Source: an uncultured candidatus Brocadiaceae bacterium
Lineage (GTDB): Bacteria > Planctomycetota > UBA1135 > UBA2386
Assembly: GCA_964483245.1 (NCBI GenBank)
Contig: CAZABP010000022.1
Location: 1 to 64,000 of the forward strand
Direction of reading: 5' to 3'
Length of the DNA stretch: 64,000 nt
In this document: positions 19,454 to 27,162 of the stretch, in pieces
Layout: each line of letters begins with the position of its first letter
How positions within the stretch are numbered: position 1 is the first letter of the stretch
Translations under genes and position numbers: made by a program
Notes under the pieces: model-generated
The model's input: only the letters and a program-made list of their open reading frames with translations
Databases searched by the model: none
Told to the model about the DNA's origin: nothing

Positions 19454-20232
19454 GCGTGCCTCCATTGCGGTGGGCGCTTGTCCAGGAACGCCCGGATCCC
19501 TTCGCCGGCATCGGCGACATGCATCAGGTCCGTGCGGTACAGCTGTTCCGCCGCGGCCAGGTCCTGTTCGAAGCGCCGCGCGAAGCCGAGCCGCGCGGCG
19601 GCGACGGCGTAGCGCAGACTCGCAGCGGACAGCGGCAACAGGTGCCGTTCGCACCAGGCGAGCGCGGCAGCCCACGGATCTGCTGCAATCTCGTCGACCA
19701 GGCCACAGCGCAGCGCCTCGTCGGCGGTCATGGTGCGCCCGGTCAGCAGCAACTCGTCGGCGGCGCCGCGCGGCATGCGCTCGGGCAGCACGATCGAGCC
19801 GACCGGCGCGAACACGCCGAGCTTGATCTCCGGTTGGCCGAGGCGCGCATCCGGCGCGGCGATCAAGCGGTGTGCGAATGCGGCCAGCTCCAGCCCGCCG
19901 CCGAGGCACTGTCCGCGCACGGCTGCGAGTACGGGTACACGCGCGGCGAGGATCGCGCGGAACAGAGCATGGAAACCGGTCAGCATCGCGCCGACCTGCT
20001 CCGGCAGATGCTCTTCGACGCTGGCGCCGAACGAGAAGTGCGGGCCGTCCCCTTCGATGCAGACGGCGCGCAGGCGGGGAGCGGCCGCGGCGCGATGGAA
20101 CAGCTCGGTCAGCGCCCGCGTCATCGCGCTGTCCAGCACGTTGCCCTTGGGTCGCGCCAGCAGCGCGCGCCAGACCGACTCCCCGGCGTGCGCTTCGACG
20201 CGGACCGGCCCGTCCAGCACCGGCGCGGTCAC
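19450..20232 (-). CDS. dch: enoyl-CoA hydratase/isomerase family protein, dienoyl-CoA hydratase-like
   Basis: GTG start (GTGA overlap); about 260 aa crotonase fold (FSFGASVEEH, GQCLGGGLELA); size and position fit Dch. Confidence 0.55.
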   Translation of the reverse strand: MTAPVLDGPVRVEAHAGESVWRALLARPKGNVLDSAMTRALTELFHRAAAAPRLRAVCIEGDGPHFSFGASVEEHLPEQVGAMLTGFHALFRAILAARVPVLAAVRGQCLGGGLELAAFAHRLIAAPDARLGQPEIKLGVFAPVGSIVLPERMPRGAADELLLTGRTMTADEALRCGLVDEIAADPWAAALAWCERHLLPLSAASLRYAVAAARLGFARRFEQDLAAAEQLYRTDLMHVADAGEGIRAFLDKRPPQWRHA

Positions 20233-21335
20233 GACCCCGCCGCCGCCGCGTGCGCGGCATGCAGGATCTCTTCGGTCAGCGCCGCGTCCCAGCCTGCGCC
20301 CTCGGCGAGCCGGCGGCGCAACAGCAGGAAGTCCGCCTCGCGGCATTGCCGGCCGCCCTCGTGGAACGCGCGGAAGCCGGCGCGTCCCTCGGTCATCATG
20401 TTCAGTCCGAGCCAGGCGCGGTTGCTCTCGCGATTGCGGTCCCAGTGCGCGAGCTTGTGCTTGCGGACGCTCTCGATCGTCTTGGTCAGACAACCAGGCA
20501 TCGTCATCGCCAGCGACGTCACGAGCTGGTCGACCGCCTCGTCGAGCAGGCTCAGATCGATCTCGCCGAGCGAGACCAGCTTCTTCGCCGCAGCCAGCTC
20601 ACTGCCCTGCTTGAACTCGCCGTGCACGACCCGGCCGAAGTCGTCGGTCCATGTCTCGGTGACGACCATCGGGTTCGGCACGAAGCGTCCGTCGACCTTC
20701 AGCGCCGGCACGAGCCGCGTCAGCAGACCGAGCCGGTGTGCCTTGTGCGCGCTCCACGGCTCGCACAGCGCGCAGCTCTCCATCGCGCGTTCGATGCCGA
20801 CGAACAGCGGCAGGAAGTCGGTGCTGCCACCATCCGGCGCCGAGCCATGCTTCGGTCCGGCCTGCCCGAAAGTCGCCAGATCCTGCGCCAGCGAGAAGTC
20901 GCAGGCCATCCCGATCTCCTGACCACCCGCGATCCGCATCCCGTTGACGCGGCAGATCACCGGTTTGTCGCAGTGCAGGATCGCCGTCACCATGTCGTTG
21001 AACAGGCGCATGTACTGCCGGTACTCCTCCGGCCGGCCGGCGTAGTACTCCGCATACTCGGCAGTGTTGCCGCCGGTGCAGAACGCGCGCGTGCCGGCGC
21101 CGGTGAACACGACGGCGACGCAGGCGCGGTCGTTCGACGCGGCGCGCATCGCCAGGATCACGCCTTTCACCATCGCCGTCGTGTACGAGTTCAGTTGGCC
21201 CGGGTTGTCGAGCAGGATCCGCGTCGCGTGCAGGCCGTCGACCGGCCTGCCGGCGGGATCCCTGACCGGGAGCGGATCGATGCGGATGCCGCGTTGCTCG
21301 ACGCGGTCGACGAGATCGTGGTTCTTGTGGTCCAT
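20229..21335 (-). CDS. oah: crotonase-superfamily hydrolase, 6-oxocyclohex-1-ene-1-carbonyl-CoA hydrolase-like
   Basis: 368 aa, crotonase core plus C-terminal extension (length typical of ring-opening Oah/BamA-type hydrolases, about 377 aa); sits between the had-like and dch-like genes. Confidence 0.55.
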   Translation of the reverse strand: MDHKNHDLVDRVEQRGIRIDPLPVRDPAGRPVDGLHATRILLDNPGQLNSYTTAMVKGVILAMRAASNDRACVAVVFTGAGTRAFCTGGNTAEYAEYYAGRPEEYRQYMRLFNDMVTAILHCDKPVICRVNGMRIAGGQEIGMACDFSLAQDLATFGQAGPKHGSAPDGGSTDFLPLFVGIERAMESCALCEPWSAHKAHRLGLLTRLVPALKVDGRFVPNPMVVTETWTDDFGRVVHGEFKQGSELAAAKKLVSLGEIDLSLLDEAVDQLVTSLAMTMPGCLTKTIESVRKHKLAHWDRNRESNRAWLGLNMMTEGRAGFRAFHEGGRQCREADFLLLRRRLAEGAGWDAALTEEILHAAHAAAAGS

Positions 21336-21339
21336 GGGT

Positions 21340-22410
21340 TCAGTCCGGCAGCAGCACGACGCGCCGTGACACGCGGTGGGCGTGCAGGTCGGCGAAGGTC
21401 TGGTTGATCGAAGACAGCGGCCGGGCTTCGAGGAACGGGGCCAGCGCGACGCGGCCGCTGAGCACGAGGTCGAGCACGGCCGGGTAGTGCTGCGGCAGGC
21501 AGCCCCAGTTCCCTTCGGCGCGCGCGTCGAACGCCATCAGGTTGGACAAGCGCACGGAGACCTTGTCCGGCGTATAGCCGACGACCGACAGATAGCTGCC
21601 CGGCTCGAGCAGGCCGAACGCTGTCGTCTGGCCGGCCGCGGTCCCCGACGTCTCGAAGATCCGCACGCGCCAGGTCGGGATCCCTCGCTCGGCCAGCAAC
21701 ACGCGCACGCGTTTGCGCAGGTCGCGGAACTCGAGCTGATCGACGCGCCAGGTCGCGGCCGCGCCGTGCTCCTGCATCATCGCCAGCCGCTCGTCGCGCA
21801 CGTCGAGCGCCACGACGACGGCGCCGCGCGCCGCTGCGAGCTGTACGCCGAACCCGCCGACGCCGCCACAGCCGACGAAGATCGCGAGATCTCCCGCCGC
21901 GAGCTCACTGCGCTGGATCGCCTGGTATGGCGTCGTCACGGCATCCGCGATCACTGCCAGGTCCGCCAGCGCGAGACCGTTCGGATTGACGGTCCGGTCG
22001 TCGAGCGGGGGGACGCGACAGAGGCCATGCGCCGGCACGCGCACATGACTGGCGAAACCGCCGTGCACGTCATTGCCTGGGAAGATCTGCTTGCTGCAGA
22101 TCGAGCCGTGGCCGCTGGCGCATGCGGCACAGGTGCCGCACGGGATCACGGCGGGCACGACGACGGCGGTGCCGAGCCAGTGGTCCGCGCCGGATCCGGC
22201 CGTGACGACGCGGCCGCTGATCTCATGTCCCAGCGTCAGCGGCAGGGGATGCCGCGTCGGCACGCCGTCGTAGAAGAAGCCGAGATCGGTATGGCAGACG
22301 CCGCAGCCGGCGACTTCCACCAGGACTTCACCTGGACCGGGGGCTTCCTCGCGGTGAACGAGAGTCTGCGGCTTGCCCGGTTCGTGGACCGTCCAGGCGG
22401 CAACTTGCAT
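21340..22410 (-). CDS. had: zinc-dependent medium-chain alcohol dehydrogenase, 6-hydroxycyclohex-1-ene-1-carbonyl-CoA dehydrogenase-like
   Basis: GHEISGRV zinc motif, CGTCAAC structural-zinc cysteines, GCGGVGG NAD(P) motif; first gene of the operon. Confidence 0.6.
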   Translation of the reverse strand: MQVAAWTVHEPGKPQTLVHREEAPGPGEVLVEVAGCGVCHTDLGFFYDGVPTRHPLPLTLGHEISGRVVTAGSGADHWLGTAVVVPAVIPCGTCAACASGHGSICSKQIFPGNDVHGGFASHVRVPAHGLCRVPPLDDRTVNPNGLALADLAVIADAVTTPYQAIQRSELAAGDLAIFVGCGGVGGFGVQLAAARGAVVVALDVRDERLAMMQEHGAAATWRVDQLEFRDLRKRVRVLLAERGIPTWRVRIFETSGTAAGQTTAFGLLEPGSYLSVVGYTPDKVSVRLSNLMAFDARAEGNWGCLPQHYPAVLDLVLSGRVALAPFLEARPLSSINQTFADLHAHRVSRRVVLLPD

Positions 22411-22478
22411 CGATGCCTCCAGCGCGGGATCGGGGACGGCCCGCGAACCCGCGCTGGCGCGCTGAATTGCCGGCTCTT

Positions 22479-22496
22479 GCTGACGCGAGCGTCAGC
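22479..22496. promoter_or_regulatory. perfect palindrome GCTGACGC-GA-GCGTCAGC between the 11-heme cytochrome stop and the had-operon start
   Basis: 18-nt inverted repeat 24 nt downstream of the cytochrome stop and about 70 nt upstream of the had ATG; candidate operator or terminator hairpin. Confidence 0.4.
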
Positions 22497-22519
22497 CTGG
22501 CCGCAGCGCCGTGGTCAGG

Positions 22520-25288
22520 TCACGGCAGCCAGTTGCCGGCGCTGCCCTTGACCAGGCCGTCGGCGTCCAGCCACGAGTCGAGCACGATGCCGGTCGCCGG
22601 GTCGCTGAGCCGGCGGATCAGCGTCGCGCCGAGCGGGCCGGCGAACGTCGGGTCGGTTGCGCCGTCGCGCAGGTTCGGCACGTTCGGCACGACCATCGCG
22701 TGGTTGTTCGACGCGGTAGCGACGCCGGTCGGCAGCACGACGCGGTCCAGGTTGTAGTGGACGAGTGCCGGGTTGAAGCGCGTGTTCGGCGCGACATTGA
22801 ACGGCTGGCGGTTGGCGTCGCTGTCGAGCGGGTTGATCGGTCGGCCCTGCCGGTCGAACAGGAACAGACCGCTGCCGAGGCCGGCGACCATGTGCACCCA
22901 GATCGGCGAGTTCATCTGGTTGCCCGGATTCTGACCGATGTGCGATTGCAGCATCGTGAAGTCCAGGTTGCCGAAGTCGTTGTTCGCCATCTGCGTGCGG
23001 AACGTGCTGTAGATCCCGCTGTAGTTGGTCATGCCCTCGCTGGTCAGGTGGCACGCGACGCAATAGCGCGGTCCTTCATTGCTCGAAGTGACCTTGCCGC
23101 GGATCGAGTGCGCCAACATCGTGTTGAACCCCAGCGCCGGGAACTGCACGCCCGGATTGGCGCCGCGCCCCTCACGGTCGGAGAAGCAGAACACCTCCGA
23201 CCGCGCGTTGTTCAGGTCCTTGTATTGGAAGAACACCTTCGTGTTGGCGTTGAACTGCTCGATCTTGTTGTCCGGACCGACGCCGAGCTGGAACGGCACC
23301 GGTGACTGGTAGACGAAGTCGGCGTCCTCTTCCTCGAACACGATCCGCTGTCCGGTGATGTTCGAGAAGTTGTTGCCCTCGTCGTATTCACCCTGCAGGT
23401 GGCAGCCGATGCAGGTGTTGGTCCACGCCGAGTGGCACGACGCGCAGCTCATGTTGTCCATGTGGCTGAAACCGGCGGTGACGCCGCCAGCCTGCTGCGG
23501 GCCGATGCCGGTCGCCGCATTGCCGTCGGCGCGGCCCATCGAATACGACGCCTTGGCGCTGTAGACCGGCTGGTTCGTGAACGGGTGCAGCTTGCCACTG
23601 TCGACGACGACGTCCTTGGTCTGCACGACGAACAGGCGCCGGCCGCTGGTGCGGCTGGTCAGATACAGGTTGCCGTCCGCCTCCTTGACGACGTGGCGCA
23701 GCACCCTGCCGGCACCATCGAAGGCCATCTCCTTCTGTGTGCCGTCGTAGGCGGTGCCGACCATGGTCGGCGCATACGTGTCGACCTTGCCGTGGCACGA
23801 CTCGCAACGGATCTTGACGGCGTGCTCCATGCGGCTCGCGATCTGCTCGCCGTTCGGATCTCCGACGTCACCGCCGTGCACTTCGTAGCTGCCGTGGCAG
23901 TCGATGCAGCCCATGCCGGCCGCGTAGTGCACGTCCTCCGGCGTGTCGTCGCGGTTGTCGCCGTCGTAGTCCTCCATCAGGATGTACTGGTTCGCGTTGC
24001 GGCCGTTGAACGTGTTGTTGTCGACGACCGGATCGAACAGGCGCGTGTCGCGCGCGGTGTTGGTGAACCGGACCGGGTTGGCCGGGTACTGCACGCGGTT
24101 GCGCAGGTTTTGGTTCTGATCGAGGCGGATGCCCCAGTACTGCATGACCGTGCGGTTCGAACCCTGGTGGCAGCCGGCGCAGGTGTGGTCATCGATGCCC
24201 TCCTGCTGCATGCCGTTTGCCAGCGTTTTCTTGACGCTCAGGATCCGGTGCGCGCGCACGTGCGCGCGCTCCGGCTCGTCGATGTCATCCGGATCGATCG
24301 GTTCGGTCCGGTCGACGTTCGGGTCGCGGCTGCCGGTGCGCCCACCCAGGCTGTACGGCATGTGGCACGCCGTGCAGCCGGACGAGCGGTAGTCACCGGC
24401 GCGGTTGTTGGCGCCAGCGCTGCCGAGGTGGCAGTCACCGCAGGTGAATGCGATCTGCTCGTGGTACAGGTGCGCCAGCGGCGAGTTGCTGATCACGCTG
24501 CCGTCGGGATTCACGTCGTCGAGCAGCCCGGCCGCGTTGTAGGCCTGGTTGCGGAACATCCCCTGCCCCGGCGTGCCGCGCACGCTGTAGACCGGGTACT
24601 CCTTCAGCTCGCCGATCATGCCGAATGGCGCGGTCGCCGGGTTGAAGTCCGGGTCGACGACGGCGCGGAAGCCGAGGTCGTTCGCCGTGTCCAGGTACAG
24701 CCCGACGTGCGCCGGCAGGTGGTTGTCGTGGCCGGCCGCATACGTGGCGCCACCGAGGATGCCCATCTCGGTCGCCAGTGGACTGCCGGCGACGGAGTCG
24801 GCGTGGTTCTGGTGGCACTGCCCGCACGAACGCGCCTGCGTGACCACACGCAGGTCACCCGGCTGAATGAACTGCAGATAGTCGATCGCCGTGTACGTGC
24901 GCCCGTTGGCCGTGTAGTCCGGGAACTTGTCGATGCCGGCCAGAGTCAGCCGGTTGAAATACGCCAGCTGGTTGACGCGGAGGTTCTCGCGGTCGCCGAT
25001 CTGCGGCGGCGGCGGCACGTGGCTCTCCTCCTTCGTGGCGCCGTCCGGATTGCCGCCGTGACAGGTCGTGCAGGTCAGGTTGTCGGCACCTGGGAATGGG
25101 TGGGGGTTCTCGAGCCCCGGCCCGCTGTAGTCGTTGCCGGTCGACCCGTTGTGGCAGGTCATGCACGACTGCGCAGTCGAGGCGGAACCGTCCCGTCCGC
25201 CGCCGCTGCATGCGGCCAGCAGCGCGAATGCGCTGAGCGAAACGGCACGGAACCACGGAACGCGGAGACCGCGGCGCGGATTGCTCAT
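22520..25288 (-). CDS. multiheme c-type cytochrome lipoprotein (11 CXXCH)
   Basis: ATG at 25288; lipobox LLAACSGG; 11 CXXCH motifs (CMTCH, CTTCH, CGQCH, CGDCH, CTACH, CAGCH, CIDCH, CESCH, CASCH, CIGCH, CVACH); 922 aa. Confidence 0.8.
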   Translation of the reverse strand: MSNPRRGLRVPWFRAVSLSAFALLAACSGGGRDGSASTAQSCMTCHNGSTGNDYSGPGLENPHPFPGADNLTCTTCHGGNPDGATKEESHVPPPPQIGDRENLRVNQLAYFNRLTLAGIDKFPDYTANGRTYTAIDYLQFIQPGDLRVVTQARSCGQCHQNHADSVAGSPLATEMGILGGATYAAGHDNHLPAHVGLYLDTANDLGFRAVVDPDFNPATAPFGMIGELKEYPVYSVRGTPGQGMFRNQAYNAAGLLDDVNPDGSVISNSPLAHLYHEQIAFTCGDCHLGSAGANNRAGDYRSSGCTACHMPYSLGGRTGSRDPNVDRTEPIDPDDIDEPERAHVRAHRILSVKKTLANGMQQEGIDDHTCAGCHQGSNRTVMQYWGIRLDQNQNLRNRVQYPANPVRFTNTARDTRLFDPVVDNNTFNGRNANQYILMEDYDGDNRDDTPEDVHYAAGMGCIDCHGSYEVHGGDVGDPNGEQIASRMEHAVKIRCESCHGKVDTYAPTMVGTAYDGTQKEMAFDGAGRVLRHVVKEADGNLYLTSRTSGRRLFVVQTKDVVVDSGKLHPFTNQPVYSAKASYSMGRADGNAATGIGPQQAGGVTAGFSHMDNMSCASCHSAWTNTCIGCHLQGEYDEGNNFSNITGQRIVFEEEDADFVYQSPVPFQLGVGPDNKIEQFNANTKVFFQYKDLNNARSEVFCFSDREGRGANPGVQFPALGFNTMLAHSIRGKVTSSNEGPRYCVACHLTSEGMTNYSGIYSTFRTQMANNDFGNLDFTMLQSHIGQNPGNQMNSPIWVHMVAGLGSGLFLFDRQGRPINPLDSDANRQPFNVAPNTRFNPALVHYNLDRVVLPTGVATASNNHAMVVPNVPNLRDGATDPTFAGPLGATLIRRLSDPATGIVLDSWLDADGLVKGSAGNWLP

Positions 25289-25425
25289 GGTGGAACCCTC
25301 TTCCCTGTGGATTCCCGCGCGAGCTGACATCACGCGAGAATCGTGACGACGAAGCATACGCCGGTTATCGGCAGCCGGCCGCAGGTGTCTTGTTCTGCGA
25401 CGCCGCGCCGCTCTCGCAATGGGAC

Positions 25426-25487
25426 GCTTGGTGTCAGACTCCAACCCTCCCGAATCGGGAGGGATGGTGTCAGACTCCAACCCTCCC
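25426..25487. repeat. compound palindromic repeat (two TGGTGTCAGACTCCAACCCTCCC units around a CCCTCCC-GAATC-GGGAGGG hairpin)
   Basis: Direct 23-nt duplication plus nested inverted repeats; between the 11-heme cytochrome and AlkD-like gene starts. Confidence 0.8.
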
Positions 25488-25520
25488 ATGCCGGCGGGTC
25501 CTGCGGGCTAGACTCCGCGA

Positions 25521-26390
25521 ATGCCCAGCGCACGCACCAAGACGAAGTCCGCTTCGACGCCGACGCGGAAATCCACCGCGAAGCCCGCCGCGAAGTCCCG
25601 CGCGAATGCTGCGACCAAGATCGAGGCCAAGACCGCCGCCAAGGCCCCGCCGGGGCGCATGTCGCTGGACGAGGTCATGCACGCGCTGGAGCGGGCCGGG
25701 TCGGCGCAGACACGCAAGACCTACGCGCGCCATGGCGCGCAGGAGCCGATGTTCGGCGTCAGCTTCGCCGAGCTGAAGAAGCTCGTGAAGCAGATCAAGA
25801 TGGATCACGAGCTGGCGCTCGCACTGTGGGCGACCAGGAACCACGACGCGCGCATGCTGGCGATGAAGATCGCCGACCCGGCGCGGATGCGGCCGGCCGA
25901 CCTCGACCGTTGGGCGAAGGAGAACCAGATGCGGATGTGCAGCGGGTATGTCGCGATGCTCGCCGCCGAGGGCCCGCACGCCTCGGCGAAGGCCCGCGAA
26001 TGGCTCGCATCCTCCGACGAGGCGCTGCGCACCGCCGGCTGGACCCTGGTCGGTCACATGGCGAGCATCGACGAGGACACCCCCGACGACTGGTTCGCGG
26101 CGCGGCTCGCGGAGATCGAGGACTCGATCCACGCGGCGCCGAACGCCGAGCGGGAGGCGATGAACATGGCGCACATCGGGATCGGCGGCCGCAGTCCCGC
26201 GCTGCGGAAGGCGGCGCTGGCGGCCGCCAAGCGCATCGGCAAGGTCGAGGTCGATCACGGCGACACCGCCTGCAAGACCCCGGACGCCGCCGCCTACATC
26301 GAGAAGACGTGGACCCACGCGGCAGCCAAGAAGTTCGCCTCGCCCGCCGCCCAGGAGCGTGCGCGGGAACCGATGCGCACGCGCTGCTGA
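25521..26390 (+). CDS. DNA alkylation repair protein (AlkD/AlkC-like HEAT-repeat glycosylase family) with Lys/Ala-rich N-terminal tail
   Basis: Core resembles the DNA_alkylation family (YARHGAQEPMFGVSFAELKKL..., LALALWATRNHDARMLA); N-terminal 45 aa histone-H1-like AKPAAK repeats. Confidence 0.5.
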   Translation: MPSARTKTKSASTPTRKSTAKPAAKSRANAATKIEAKTAAKAPPGRMSLDEVMHALERAGSAQTRKTYARHGAQEPMFGVSFAELKKLVKQIKMDHELALALWATRNHDARMLAMKIADPARMRPADLDRWAKENQMRMCSGYVAMLAAEGPHASAKAREWLASSDEALRTAGWTLVGHMASIDEDTPDDWFAARLAEIEDSIHAAPNAEREAMNMAHIGIGGRSPALRKAALAAAKRIGKVEVDHGDTACKTPDAAAYIEKTWTHAAAKKFASPAAQERAREPMRTRC

Positions 26391-26455
26391 GGGAGGCTTG
26401 GGGTCAGACTCCATCCCTCCCGTTTCAGGAGGCATGGAATCTGACGCCAACCAGG
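26391..26455. repeat. compound palindromic repeat, second copy
   Basis: GGGAGGCTTGGGGTCAGACTCCATCCCTCCC-GTTTCA-GGAGGCATGGAATCTGACGCCAACC starts 1 nt after the AlkD-like stop. Confidence 0.8.
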
Positions 26456-26520
26456 GTCCGGGCTGGCAATAGGCTGCCATTGCGGGCGCAATTGCGTCTG
26501 ATCCCTGCTGGCGGACACCG

Positions 26521-27117
26521 ATGACCCAGGTCTTCCTCTACTGTGCGGCGATCGGCGGCGCGCTGCTGGTCCTGCAGTTCGTGCTGCTGCTGCTCGGCGG
26601 TGGCGGCGGCGATGGCGTGGATGGGATGGACTCGCATGGGGGAGCGCACCACCACGGGGACGCCGGTGGCGGTGGCGACGACCTCGGCCACGACCAGTCC
26701 TGGTTCTTGAAGCTGCTGTCGCTGCAGACGCTGAGCGGCTTCGCGACGTTCTTCGGCCTGATCGGGCTGGCCTGCACTTCGGCAGGCTGGGCTCCCGCAG
26801 TCTCGCTGGTGGCCGCCGTGCTCGCCGGTGTCGTCGCGGTCTGGTTGGTCGGCAAGGTCATGCAGGCGGTCAGCAGCCTGCAGAGCTCCGGCACGCTGAA
26901 CCTGACCAACGCAATCGGACACCAGGCGCGTGTCTATCTGCGCATACCGGCCGGCAGCGCGGGGCAGGGGCGCATCCTGCTGGTGATCCAGGGCCGCAAC
27001 GTCGAGTGCAAGGCGATCACGCGCGGCCCTGAGCTGGCCAATGGTGCGCAGGTGCGCGTCATCGCGGTGCATGACGAGATCCTGGAAGTCGAGCCGCTGG
27101 CCGCCGACCCGCGCTGA
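26521..27117 (+). CDS. NfeD family membrane protein
   Basis: N-terminal TM helices, Gly/His-rich loop, C-terminal OB-fold-like segment; immediately upstream of a flotillin gene. Confidence 0.65.
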   Translation: MTQVFLYCAAIGGALLVLQFVLLLLGGGGGDGVDGMDSHGGAHHHGDAGGGGDDLGHDQSWFLKLLSLQTLSGFATFFGLIGLACTSAGWAPAVSLVAAVLAGVVAVWLVGKVMQAVSSLQSSGTLNLTNAIGHQARVYLRIPAGSAGQGRILLVIQGRNVECKAITRGPELANGAQVRVIAVHDEILEVEPLAADPR

Positions 27118-27162
27118 GACGATGCCCTCCTCCTCCCACGCCACCCCCCAGAAGGACCCGCG

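Noticed and set aside
19450-20493. ATG-initiated 347-aa version of the dch-like gene, and the 659-aa version of the bcrC-like gene (18281-20260)
   Set aside because: The N-terminal extensions are Arg/Pro-rich and overlap the upstream genes. Starts at GTG 20232 and ATG 19453 restore typical family lengths and 4-nt stop/start overlaps.
22479-22496. Reading the 18-nt palindrome as a Rho-independent terminator for the cytochrome gene
   Set aside because: There is no U-rich tract downstream on the minus strand and the loop is only 2 nt. It is kept as a candidate operator instead, at low confidence.
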